Assembly: GCF_963921235.1 (NCBI RefSeq) | Contig: NC_086107.1 | Span: 112,842,001-112,906,000, forward strand | Origin: Mobula hypostoma | Taxonomy: Eukaryota | Length of the DNA stretch: 64,000 nt | Direction: 5' to 3' | In this document: positions 52,674 to 64,000 of the stretch, piece after piece | Layout of the letters: each line of letters opens with the position of its first letter | Numbering within the stretch: position 1 is the stretch's first letter | Translations under genes and position numbers: made by a program | Notes under the pieces: model-generated | What the model saw: only the letters and a program-made list of their open reading frames with translations | Told to the model about the DNA's origin: nothing | The model's database searches: none

Positions 52674-52927
52674 TTTAGGCTGGCTGGTGGCGCAGTGACA
52701 TCAGCGGGACTCCGGGGCGAAGGTTCCCGAGTTCGAATCCAGTCGGGCCGCTCCCGGGCACGCTTTCCATCCGTGCCGGGTTGAGTGTCAAGCTCACAAC
52801 TCGGCCTCGTAAAAATAAACTGCGTTGTGAGAAGGACGTGGGGGACCTCTCACAGAATCTTTCCTCCAAGACAACCACTTGAAAAAGTGGTCGCCGAGGC
52901 TCTGGTAGAGTATGGCACACAAAAAAG
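52674..52927 (+). mobile_element. tRNA-derived SINE (same head and core)
   Basis: TGGCGCAGTG A box, GAGTTCGAATCC B box. TSD taattaaattt at 52663-52673 and 52928-52938. Confidence 0.8.
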
Positions 52928-53763
52928 TAATTAAATTTGCTGGTGACACTACACTGATAGGCCTAATCTCAAATAATAATGAGGCAACCTACAGAGAGAA
53001 AGTCATCACCCTGACACAGTGGTGTCAAGAAAACAACCTCTCCCTCAATGTCACAAAAACAAAGGAGCTGGTTGTGGACTACAGGAGGAATGGAGACAGG
53101 CTAACCCCTATTGATATCAATGGATCTGGGGTTGAGAGGGTGAACAGCTTTAAGTTCCTCGGCATCCACATCACCGAGGATCTTACGTGGTCTGTACATA
53201 CCGACCGTGAGGTGATAAAGGCACAACAACACCTCTTTCACCTCAGACGGTTGGAGAAGTTTGGTGTGGGCCCCCAAATTCTAAGAACTTTCTGTAGGGG
53301 CACAACTGAGAGCATCCTGACTGGCTGCATCACTGCCTGGTATGGGAGCTGTACTTCCCTCAATTGCAGGACTCTGCAGAGAGTGGTGCGGACAGCCCAG
53401 CGCATCTGTAGGTGTGAACTTCCCACTATTCAGGACATTTATAGAGACAGGTGTGTAAAAAGGGCCCAAAGGATCATTGGGGACCCAAGCCACCCCAACC
53501 ACAAACTGTTCCAGCTGCTGCCATCCGGGAAACGGTACCGCAGCATAAAAGCCAGGACCAACAGGCTCCGGGACAGCTTCTTCCACCAGACCATCAGGCT
53601 GATTAACTCATGCTGCACAACTGTATTTCAATGTTATATTGACTATTCTGTTGTACATAATATTTATTATAAATTATAAATTGCACATTGCACATTTAGA
53701 TGGCGACGTAATGTAAAGATTCTTACTCCTGAATGATTAAGCAATAAAGTCAATTCAATTCAA
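52928..53763 (+). mobile_element. Rex1/Babar-type LINE 3' fragment
   Basis: IKFAGDTT, KTKELVVDYRR, FKFLGIHITEDLTWS, ESILTGCITAWYG and a (CAATT)n tail. Confidence 0.85.
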
Positions 53764-54225
53764 ATCTAAACCAACTAATTTATTTTATAGCTGCATGGAC
53801 CAACCATTGCTCTGAGCAGGAAATTTTAGCTCAGTCTGAAAACTGCGCAGCACTTTAAATGTTTGTTTTAGTAATATACATAGTATGAAAATTGAAAAAT
53901 CACATACTTTTGATTTTATTTATTAATTGAAAGGTATAATGAAATACAGTGCAACAAAGAAAATCTTACACATTTCATAAACTTTTTCTAGCTGCATCCA
54001 ATTCCAGCAGCGTGGCAACAAAGGCTATGTGTGTGGGAGCATTTCAGTTACTGTGCGGCCACACCCCCATGCAGTTTAGAGAGAACAGTAGTTATTACCC
54101 TACATCCATCAGGCTCCTGAACCAGCATAGATAACTTCACTCATCTCAACAATGAAATGATGCCACAACCTATGGACTCTACAACTCAAGTTCTCAGTAC
54201 CATTTATTCGATTACTTAGTTATTA

Positions 54226-54815
54226 CACTGGACAACAATTTTTTCAAAAGTGTTGTTTACTCAGAATTTTTTTGTTCATGATAGATTGCTTGAAGCTGAG
54301 TACAAATATAATTTCAGTCTACTTGTAAATGTAGGGATTTGGAGGAGAAACAAGAAATTAACTTTTGTAGAATGTAATGTGTTTAATTGCAATAGTTCAA
54401 CTAAGTTAAAAATGTTTTATTGATGATTTTCATTTGTACTCAGTGTCTGATGCTTCTCACTTAAGTGCCCAGCATTGATGGAGTCCAGTTGCCCTGATAC
54501 CGTTTCTCCATAACCGCAATATCCTGGTGAAACCTTTCACCGTGCTCCTCACTGACAGCACCAAGATTTACAAGGAAGAAGTCTAAATGGGAATGTAGAA
54601 AATGAACCTTTATTGACATGTACTTCATGGTCTTGTGTGCTTGAAGCATGATGTCAACCAGCTTGTTGTTTGGTTGGTGCTCTGTAGTTGCCAAGGAAAT
54701 TTTCAACAACATCCTTGAATTCTTTCCATGTGATTTTCTCCACTCCCATTAGAAGTTCTTAGAATTGCCTGCCAGTGATGACCTGCTTGATTTGTGGACG
54801 AACAAAACATGCTTT
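54226..54815 (-). mobile_element. DNA transposon remnant, probably Chapaev3/CMC type (transposase C-terminus plus one end)
   Basis: ORF 54461-54712 MSIKVHFLHSHLDFF..NLGAVSEEHGERFHQDI..MEKRYQG. Putative terminus TTA|CACTG at 54223-54230. Superfamily assigned from recall of the motif. Confidence 0.6.
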
Positions 54816-54977
54816 CAGATTGATTTATCACATATACATGTTAACATTCAGAGAAATGCATCACTTTGCATTAACACCCAGCACAATCTAAAGATGAAGT
54901 GGGGAAAGCCTGCAGAAGAGCCGCACTTTCTGGCACCAACAGAGCTCAGCAGCACAACACATCTAAGCAGAATCAAA

Positions 54978-55526
54978 CAACACACATCAAAGATGCTGGT
55001 GAACGCAGCAGACCAGGCAGCATCTCGAGGAAGAGGTACAGTCGACGTTTCAGGCCGAGACCCTTCGTCAGGACTAACTGAAGCAAGAGCTAGTAAGAGA
55101 TTTGAAAGTGGGAGGGGGAGGGGGAGGGGGAGATCCAAAATGATAGGAGAAGACAGGAGGGGGAGGGATAGAGCCGAGAGCTGGACAGGTGATTGGCAAA
55201 AGGGATACGAGAGGATCATGGGACAGGAGACCCAGGGAGAAGGAAAAGGGGGGGGGAACCCAGAGGATGGGCAAGGGGTGTAGTCAGAGGGACAGAGGGA
55301 GAAAAAGGAGAGAGAGGAAAAGAATGTGTGTATATAAATAAATAATGGGTGGGGTACGAGGGGGAGGTGGGGCATTAGCGGAAGTTAGAGAAGTCAATGT
55401 TCATGCAGGGTCTCGGCCCAAAACGTCGACTGTACCTCTTCCTAGAGATGCTGCCTGGCCTGCTGCATTTACCAGCCAATTTGATGTGTGTTGCTTGAAC
55501 TTCCAGCATCTGCAGAATTCCTCGTG
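54978..55526 (-). mobile_element. Truncated Penelope-like element with inverted terminal copy (same subfamily as 7989-8669)
   Basis: Contains the MNIDFSNFR* end of the ORF and the polypyrimidine 3' region. TSD taagcagaatcaaa at 54964-54977 and 55527-55540. Confidence 0.85.
55040..55075 (-). ncRNA. Minimal type I hammerhead ribozyme motif (predicted)
   Basis: Same 36-nt motif as 17314-17349. Confidence 0.7.
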
Positions 55527-58024
55527 TAAGCAGAATCAAAGGTGTGGATGAATTAGCATACAGGAGGGAGATTGAAAACTTGGCTGACATATGTCATAAC
55601 AACAGCCTCTCACTCAATGTCAGCAAGACCAAAGAATTGATTGTAGGCTTCAGGGGAGGGAAACCAGAGGTCCACGAGCCAGTCCTCATTGGAGGATCAG
55701 AGGTGGAGAGGGTCAGCAAATTTAAATTCCTCGGTGTTTTTATTTCGGAGGACCTGTCCTGGGTCCTGCACAACAGCACCTCTACTTCCTTAGTAGTTTT
55801 GAAGATTCGGCATGACATCTAAAGCTTTGACAAACTTCTATAGATGTCTAGTGGAGGATATATTGACTGGCTACATCATGGCCTGGGATGGAAACAATAA
55901 TGTTTTTGAATGGAAAACCCCCGCTAAAAGGTAGTGAATTCGGCCCAGTACATCAGGGGCAAAACCCTCCCAACCAATGAGCACATCTACATGAAACACT
56001 GTCATAGGAAAGCAGCATTCATCACCAGAGATCCCTCACCACCCAGGCCATGCCCTCTTCTTGTTGCCGCCATTAGTTAGAAGGTACGAGAGCCTCAGGA
56101 CTCGCACCACCAGGTTCAAGAACAGTTACTACCCCTCAACCATCAGGCTCTCGAACAAAAGGGGACAACTACACTCACTTGTCCATCCACAACCAGTGAT
56201 CTCACTTTAAGGACTCTTTATCTTGTGTTCTCATTATTTATTTCTATTTATTTACATTTGCATTTGCACAGTGTGTTGTCTTCTGCACTCTGGTTGATCT
56301 TTCATTGATCCTGTTATAGTTACTATTCTATAGATTTGCTGAGAATGTCCATAGGAAAACGAAACTGAAGGTTGTACATGGTAACATATATGTACTTTGA
56401 TAATAAAATTTACTTTGAACTTTGAAATATTGATCAGATTTACCATTTACCACCTGTAGTATCTGAGAATCAATGCTGCCCATTTTGAAAGCCAGCATCA
56501 GCCAGTCTTTCATCTTTCTCATAGTCATAGTCATGGTCATACTTTATTGATCCCGAGGGAAATTGGGTTTCATTACAGTTGCACCAACCAAGAATAGAGT
56601 ATAGATATAGCAATATAAAACCATAAATAATTAAATAATAATATGTAAATTATGCCAGGAAATAAGTCCAGGACCAGCCTATTGGCTCAGGGTGTCTGAC
56701 CCTCCAAGGGAGGAGTTGTAAAGTTTGATGGCCACAGGCAGGAGTGACTTCCTATGACGATCTGTGCTGCATCTCGGTGGAATGAGTCTCTGGCTGAATG
56801 TACTCCTGTGCCCAACCAGTACATTATATAGTGGATGGGAGACATTGTCCAAGATGGCATGCAACTTGGACAGCATCCTCTTTTCAGACACCACCGTCAG
56901 AGAGTCCAGTTCCATCCCCACAACATCACTGGCCTTACGAATGAGTTTGTTTTTTCTGTTGGTGTCTGCTACCCTCAGCAAAGGCTGCTCTACTAATTTC
57001 TCCCGTCATAATAGAGGACTTAATGTTTATCCAAACTCTTATCCTTCTGCCGTGTTTTACTTCCCACTCTCTTAACCTGTGGGTTTACTTTGCTACTGGT
57101 TTGCACCTCATCTTTGCGTTGACAGCAGATTTGGACACATAACACCGTCTTCTCATCAAAGCCATTGATAAAAATGAGGGAAAAAAGCTGAGGCCTATAA
57201 GCCGGTGGTATCCCATTAACTACAGCCTGCCAACTCTAAGTCAAGTCAAATTCCCAGCCCTGGAGGACACCTACAGCTCTCGCTGCCTAAGGAAAGCTAC
57301 AAGCATCTGTAAGGACAATACACACCCATGCAATCATCTGTTTGAACTTCTTCCATCTGGCAGACGTTATAAGATTTTCTATGCCCGCACTTCCAGACTG
57401 AAAAATAGCCTTTTCCCCAGAGCTATAATTGCTCTGAACCAATCGATCAAGTATCATCCATAAATCTGTTATATTGCCACTTTAATACGGTTTTGTGGCT
57501 GTCATGCATCTGAGTTGTGCTTTTGTACTGCTGGACAGTGCTTGCACTGGCTGGTTACTTGATTTTATTTATTGTTTATTTTATTTGTTGTTTTATAGCA
57601 TTGAGTACGAGAATTACAAACTCATTTTCACTGTATAGGTGCATGACAACTGTACTATGCAATGACAATAAAGATATTTCATTTCATTTTATTTATCATC
57701 ATTCAAATTTATACATGCATATAATGTATATAACCATATAACGTACTGTATATAGAAATGATATGCAGTGGAGTCTCCTGCCTGATGGTAGAAAGTCAAA
57801 GAGGATGCTGGATGGATGGGTGGGATCCTTCATACACAATACAATGTTGGAACCAATGCAGGGCAGTAGCAGAGCGGTTACGGCAATCGCTTTGCAATGC
57901 CAGTGGTCAACCGATTGGAGTTCAGTCCCCACTGCTGTCTGTAAGGAGTTTGTACGTTCACCGCTGTCACGGGGTGGGTTTCCTCCATGTTAAAATACTT
58001 AGGGTTAGTGAGTTGTGAGTGTGT

Positions 58025-58712
58025 TATAAGACCATAAGACAAAGGAGCAGAAGTCGGCCATTCAGCCCATCGAGTCTGCTCCACCATTTTATCATGAGCT
58101 GATCCATTTTATCCTATTTAGTCCCACTGCCCCGCCTTCTCACCATAACCTTTGATGCCCTGGCTACTCAGATATCTATCAATCTCCGCCTTAAATACAC
58201 CCAATGACTTGGCCTCCACTGCTGCCCGTGGCAACAAATTCCATAGATTCACCACCTTCTGACTAAAAAAATTTCTTCGCATTTCTGTTCTGAATGGGCG
58301 CCCTTCAATCCTTAAGTCATGCCCTCTCGTACTAGACTCCCCCATCATGAGAAACAACTTTGCCACATCCACTCTGTCCATGCCTTTCAACATTCGAAAT
58401 GTTTCTATGAGGTCTCCCCTCATTCTTCTAAACTCCAAGGAATACAGTCCAAGAGCGGACAAACGTTCTTCATATGTCAACCCTCTCATTCCCGGAATCA
58501 TTCTAGTGAATCTTCTCTGTAACCTCTCCAACATCAGCACATCCTTTCTGAAATAAGGAGACCAAAACTGCCCACAGTACTCCAAGTGAGGTCTCACCAG
58601 CGCCTTGTAGAGCCTCAACATCACATCCTATACTCTATTCCTCTAGAAGTGAATGCCAACATTGCATTCGCCTTCTTCACCACCGACTCAAACCTGGAGG
58701 TTAACCTTAAGG
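58025..58712 (-). mobile_element. CR1 LINE 3' fragment
   Basis: ORF 58118-58624 [13 protein letters not shown]...RMRGDLIETF. Confidence 0.9.
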
Positions 58713-58819
58713 GTTATGTTGGTGTTGGAAGCATGGCAGCCTACCCCAGAACAACCTTGGACTGCTTTGGTCGTTGACGCAAATAACGCATTTCGCTGTA
58801 TATTCTGATATTTCGGTGC

Positions 58820-59242
58820 TCTTCTTTTGCCCGTTACGCCGCTGGCGTTCAGGGCAGCAATGAAGGTCCTCCATCTCTGGTGGTGTTCAGGGCTTCCTTC
58901 ATCGTGTCAGTTGCTTCTTTTGGTTTTCACTACCGTCAGTCATGCAAGTCGCAGGTAGAGATTCAGGAATACCGTCACACTCAGATGTAGAAGGATTCTT
59001 CATTGCTGTTTCTGTAACAGGATTGTTTGACCGGTCAGGGTTGTTAGCCCTGAGCTGAACCCCTGAACATGGAGGACCGGTGGATCACTCTTAGTTTGAC
59101 CTTTGCCCTTTGACCTGTTTGGCATGGTTGACTCTACCAAGAGCCAAAGCATAAAGCCCTCACTCCAGCCATCATAGCTCTCTGGGTCATTGAGGTACGC
59201 AAGCCTCCAATCTCTACGACAAGGTTGTGGTCCTTTTGGAGG
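58820..59242 (-). mobile_element. Non-autonomous RTE derivative (5' leader fused to 3' tail)
   Basis: GGACCACAACCTTGTC...GAGCTATG...GGTAGAGTC leader resembling BovB/Expander 5' regions, then a short RTE-like tail. Homologous copies at about 2935-3335 (+) and 61932-62130 (+). Confidence 0.55.
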
Positions 59243-59397
59243 AATGTTTCAATGTACAATGTTCAATGTTCAAGGTAAAGTTAATCTTCTTCATCTTTAA
59301 TGTGTTTATCCTTTCTCTGTTTTCTGTCTACTTATTAATTCTTATCCTGGTTATGTCACCTCTCCAATCTCAGTCCTGGTGCAGGGTTTCAGCCTAA

Positions 59398-60077
59398 AGG
59401 CTGATTTATACTTCTGCATAGTAGCCTACAGCGTAGCCTATGCAAGTGGCCTACGCCATTGTAAGCACCTATACTTGTGCGTTGGTGTGTCTACGTTGCT
59501 CTGCAATTCACTGCCAAAACGCTAGTTGGCAGTGGGGTTTCTATGCCACTGTGTTGAGTTTCTTCGTGTTGAAACTCAGGACGAAGAAACTCAAACTTCA
59601 AACAATGACGACTGAAATTGAAGGAGGGTGAATTTTCTGTGCTTGTCCGACCACTAAGAGACATGGACAAGGAAATGTATTTCAAAAATTTTTGGATGTC
59701 GGCTGGTAGATTTGATGATTTGGTTCATCATCTCCAACCATTTATTTTGCATCAGTGTATGCACAGTATACTCAGAGACTGGCAACCACCATTCAAGTTT
59801 TAGCTTCAGGTGGAAGTCAACAGGCTGTAGCAGCTAGCTACAAACTGGCGTCAAGCACAGGGTCCTCCATATGTTCGGAGGTCTGTAAAGCTTTGGAAGC
59901 TATTGCAGTGTGGGAGGAAATGCGATGCTACCAAACGGACCAATCACAGTTGCTGTGGTCTGCATCGCCACAACGCGTAGTTACATTTTTGGGGAGGTGC
60001 ACGTCAGGCTACGGCATAGGGTACATGGCTATGCCGTACCTACAGCGTAGATTTGATGCAGAAATATAAATTGGCCT
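59398..60077 (+). mobile_element. Non-autonomous PIF/Harbinger element
   Basis: TIRs AGGCTGATTTATACTTCTGCAT / ATGCAGAAATATAAATTGGCCT with TAA TSDs at 59395-59397 and 60078-60080. Transposase N-terminal remnants [16 protein letters not shown] and [20 protein letters not shown]. Confidence 0.85.
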
Positions 60078-60299
60078 TAACACGTTGACAATTCCTTCCC
60101 CCTCCTTCCCTCAAGATTCTGTTCGAACTGCTGAGTTCCTTCAGCAGGTTGTTAGTTGCTATTAATTCTCAGTCAACATTATTATTATTTATTATTCCCA
60201 ATTCTGTGAGCCTTAATTTTCCAAGGAACTGGAATTTGTCTGCCAAGTGCTAATTAGAGCGTATTTGTCAGCTCCCCAGATTGCCTGGTGTTACCTATT

Positions 60300-60550
60300 T
60301 ACAGTAGCATAGCGGTTAGTGCAACGGTTTACAGTGTCAGTAATACCAATTCCCGCTGCTGTCTGTAAAGAGTTTGTGCATTCTCCTCATGACCGCGTGG
60401 GTTTCCTCCCATTTTCCAAAGATGTTCGGTTGTGGTTGGGGTTAGGAGTTGTTGGCATGCTATGTTGGTGTCTGAAGTGTGGTGACACTTGGGGGCTTCC
60501 CCCAAGCACAATCCTCAGACTGTGTTGGTCGTTGACACAAACAATGCAAC
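60300..60550 (+). mobile_element. SINE with V-SINE/HE1-like core
   Basis: GTAGCATAGCGGTTAG head and ctgtaaagagtttgtgcattctcc core. Related copies at about 21190-21450, 22040-22310, 22750-23010 and 41170-41395 (-), and 36418-36700 and 57860-58020 (+). Confidence 0.55.
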
Positions 60551-61194
60551 TCACCTTCTCTTTTACCCCATTCTTCCTCCATGGGTCAGTCCGGTTTCAA
60601 ATCTTCACTGGAAGATTTCATGTCCAACATTGTAATTTCAATCACCAGCCACCAGAGGGCACTGTGTGGCAAACCGTGTTACAGTCTGTCTTTAACTAAC
60701 AATTGCCAAAACGGTCAAATATTTTGAGGAGCATTTAAGTTCATAAGTCTTGCACATACGTTTGCAATTAATAATTGAGAAACCCTAACCCAGACAAAAT
60801 AGTGCTGAGAAACACACACAGAATGCAGGAGGAACTCAGCAAGTCTGGCAACATCTGCGGGGGGGAGTAAGCAGTCGACATTTCGGGCACAGACTCTTCA
60901 TCAGAACTGGGAAGAGAGGGGGAAGGGGAAGAAGAACAAGCTGGAAAGTGATAGGTGAGACTAGATGAGGGGGAAGGTGGGTGGCTGGTGCAGTAAGAAG
61001 CTGGGAGGTGATTGTTTGGAGAGGTAGCTCACTGAGTTCCTCCAACATTCTGTGTGTATTTCTCAAGATTTCCAGCTTCTGCAGAATCTCTTGTGTTTAA
61101 AATAGAAGTGACCCTAATATGCACAAAATCTGAGTTAGCACTTTCATAAAGCTTCTTCTCATTTTCATCGATCAAGCCAACACTCTTCGTGCAA

Positions 61195-61755
61195 AAACTC
61201 CACCCCACCTCACCCACACAGTCCTCCATCCCAAACGAAAACCTCTATCCCACCACCACACACCCCTCCCCATCCCAAACCAGAACCGTTATCCCACAAA
61301 TCAAACACCCCTCCCCATCCCAAACCAGAACCTCCATCTCCATCCCACCACCACACACCCTTCCCCATCCCAAACCAGAACCTCCATCTCCATCCCACCA
61401 CCACACACCCCTCCCCATCCCAAACCAGAACCTCCATCTCCATCCCACCACCAAACACCCCTCCCCATCCCAAACCAAACCCATATCCCACTTCACCACA
61501 CACTCCTCCCCATCCCAAACCAAAACCTCCATCCCTTCACCACACACCCCTCCCCATCCCAAACCAGAACGTCCATCTCTATCCTACCACCACACACCCC
61601 TCTCCATCCCAAACCAGAATCTCCATCCCACTTCACCACACACCCCTCCAAACCATCCCAAACCAGAATCTCCATCCCACTACCACACACTCCTCCCCAT
61701 CCCAAACCAGAACCTTCATCCCACTTCACCATGCCCCTCCCCATCCCAAACCATG
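61195..61755. repeat. C/A-rich minisatellite, unit about 42-50 bp
   Basis: caaacca recurs at 61321, 61371, 61421 and 61471 (period 50). Core ccctccccatcccaaaccagaacc. Confidence 0.9.
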
Positions 61756-62157
61756 CTCAGTATATAGCTCCTGGAACACCAAAATATTGATCTTAAAATT
61801 CTCATCACTTACAAATCATTCAAAGGTTTCGTGCTTCCCCCCCCCCCCCCCACCACCACCTCCTCTAGTCCTCTTTCTTCAGGGATCTCTCCATCTTTCT
61901 TCAGGGTTCACTCTTGTCTTCCTGATTTTACCTCCAAGAGGACCACAACCTTGTTGTAGGGGTTGGAAGCCTGCTGGCTGGGGTCAGAGCTTTCTGCTTT
62001 GGCTCCAGATAGGGTCACCCACAGCAAGCAGGTCAAAGGGTATAGGCCAGACTAAGAGGGTCCACCTGTTCTCCAGGTTCGGGGGTTCAGCTCAGGGCTA
62101 ACAACCCCAACTGGTCAAACAAAACTGCTGAGGGCTAGATCGTGGTATTCAAGGCCT

Positions 62158-62490
62158 ACTACTACGTCGACTCAGGCCTAGGGGGCCGGCGTCGGGCACG
62201 ATGACGGACTCTCCACTTCTCCCTCTCCTTCATCAGTGTGTTCAGTTCATCTACATTAGCCATGCCATAGTCTTGAGAGGACGCCCAGGGTTCATCCTCC
62301 CATGCCTGGGCTCCCATATGATGACCAGGCTGGCAGGTAGCTCGGGGTGGCATAGAAAGTGCCCCGCTAGTTGCAGTCTTCTCACCTCGATTTTAGTGGT
62401 GAGCATCGGTAGGTTGTTATAGAGCTCGACGTTCGTCATGTGCTGTTGCCAACTCACGTCAAGAGCCATCCGGAGCACTCGTGTATAGTG
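62158..62490 (-). mobile_element. RTE-clade LINE 3' fragment
   Basis: MLRMALDVSWQQHMTNVELY...RRLQLAGH...GRP and an (AGT)n tail. A second 3' copy lies at about 25470-25602 (+). Confidence 0.8.
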
Positions 62491-62710
62491 TATTCAAGGC
62501 CAGTGATCCAGAACTATACGAGATGTTCAGGTGCAGACCACAGAAGGCTATCTTAAGAGCAAAAAAAAAGATTCTATTTGAGGTCAGAGATGGAATTGGA
62601 TGCATGTCAGCTCTGGCAGGGTTTGCAAAGCATACAAAGCATTATGAATGACAGTGAGGCATCTCTTCCAGATGAGCTCAATGCCTTTTATGTGCGCTTT
62701 GAAAGGAGAA

Positions 62711-63630
62711 ATGAGTAAGTATGCAAATGATACTAAAATAGGTGGAGTTGTGGATAATGAAGTTGGTTTTCAAAGCTTGCAGAGAGATTTAGGCCAGTTA
62801 GAAGAGTGGGCTGAAAGATGGCAGATGGAGTTTAATGCTGATAAATGTGAGGTGTTACATTTTGGTAGGACTAATCAAAGTAGGACATACATGGTAAATG
62901 GTAGGGTATTGAAGAATGCAGTAGAACAGAGGGATCTAGGAATAATGGTGCATAGTTCCCTGAAGGTGGAATCTCATGTGGATAGGGTGGTGAAGAAAGC
63001 TTTTGGTATGCTGGCCTTTATAAATCAGAGCATTGAGTATTGGAGTTGGGGTGTAATGTTGAAATTGTACAAGGCATTGGTAAGGCCAAATTTGGAGTAT
63101 TGTGTACAGTTTTGGTCACCGAATTGTAGGAAAGATGTCAACAAAATAGAGAGAGTACAGAGAAGATTTACTAGAATGTTATCTGGGTTTCATCACCTAC
63201 GTTACAGAGAAAGGTTGAACAAGTTGGGTCTTTATTCTTTGGAGCGCAGAAGGTTGAGGGGGGACTTGATAGAGGTATTTAAAATTATGAGGGGGATCGA
63301 TAGAGTTGACGTGGATAGGCTTTTTCCATTGAGAGTGGGGGAGATTCAAATAAGAGGACATAAGTTGAGAGTTAAAGGGCAAAAGTTTAGGGGTAACATG
63401 AGGGGGAACTTCTTTACTCAGAGAGTGGTAGCTGTGTGGAATGAGCTTCCAGCAGAAGTGGTTGAGGCAGGTTCGATGTTGTCGTTTAAAGTTAAATTGG
63501 ATAGATATATGGACAGGAAAGGAATGGAGGGTTATGGGCTGAGTGCAGGTCGGTGGGCGTAAGAGTTTGGCACGGACTAGAAGGGCTGAGATGGTCTGTT
63601 TCCGTGCTGTAGTTGTTATATGGTTATATG
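62711..63630 (+). mobile_element. CR1 LINE 3' fragment (RT C-terminus, still open reading frame)
   Basis: KYANDTKIGG, LYKALVRPNLEYCVQFWSP, RLRGDLIEVFKI, FFTQRVV..WN.LP and a (GTTATATG)2 tail. Confidence 0.92.
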
Positions 63631-64000
63631 GAAATTAAACTAAATCTACGTGAATCCCTCCAGCATCTGGTGACCCTGTGACCTCTGTCTTGGAAGCGGA
63701 CCTGAGAAGGGTGAATCCTCGCAAGGCGTCAGGCCCTGATGATGTAGATGGCTGGGGTCTGAAAACCTTTGCCAACCAACTGGTGGGGGTGTTTTGTCAC
63801 TGCTCCAGTCAGAGGTTCCCACCCGTTTCAGGATGAGCGGCCTCAATGACTGTCACCCAGTGGCACTCACATCTACTGCGATGAAGTGCTTTGAGAGGTT
63901 GGTCATGCTGGAATCAACTGCTGCCTAAGCAAAGGCCTGGACCCGCTGCAATTTGCCTATCACCACAATAGGTCTACAGTGGATGCAATCTCACTGGCTC

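Noticed and set aside
52912..53679. 255-aa ORF as a gene
   Set aside because: Rex1-type LINE C-terminus with FAGD in place of FADD. The ATG comes from the SINE tail.
61189..61767. Pro/His/Ser-rich 192-aa ORF
   Set aside because: Translation of the minisatellite; it is open in several frames on both strands because of base composition.
62648..63562. 304-aa ORF as a host gene or active RT
   Set aside because: It is chimeric: out-of-frame Rex1 sequence joined to a 5'-truncated CR1. The FADD motif reads YAND and most of the RT is missing.
1..64000. CRISPR array or prokaryotic system
   Set aside because: Spliced vertebrate gene and vertebrate repeats throughout; no regularly spaced repeat-spacer array or operon-like ORFs.

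Overview
Vertebrate genomic DNA. The CR1/Rex1/Penelope repeat mix suggests a cartilaginous fish such as a ray; this is inference only. The only host gene I can support is AP-2 adaptor alpha subunit (most like AP2A1) on the minus strand. Coding exons 1-6 (67, 69, 143, 194, 130, 102 bp; 235 codons; all GT-AG) run from ATG 44564 down to 7642, and later exons lie left of the window. Its promoter (about 44570-45450) carries six copies of a fixed-spacing ATTGG-N11-GTCAATCA module. Much of the remainder is nested transposon debris: CR1, Rex1/Babar, RTE and L1 LINEs, tRNA-derived SINEs, three solo LTRs, and Tc1, Harbinger, Chapaev-like and hAT elements, plus a 50-bp minisatellite. The most notable signal is a Penelope-like family whose termini contain a minimal hammerhead ribozyme motif (about 20 or more copies). 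It includes young TSD-flanked insertions that are perfect 92-95 bp hairpins, one of them inside AP2A1 intron 4. Repeat boundaries without a stated TSD or TIR are approximate.
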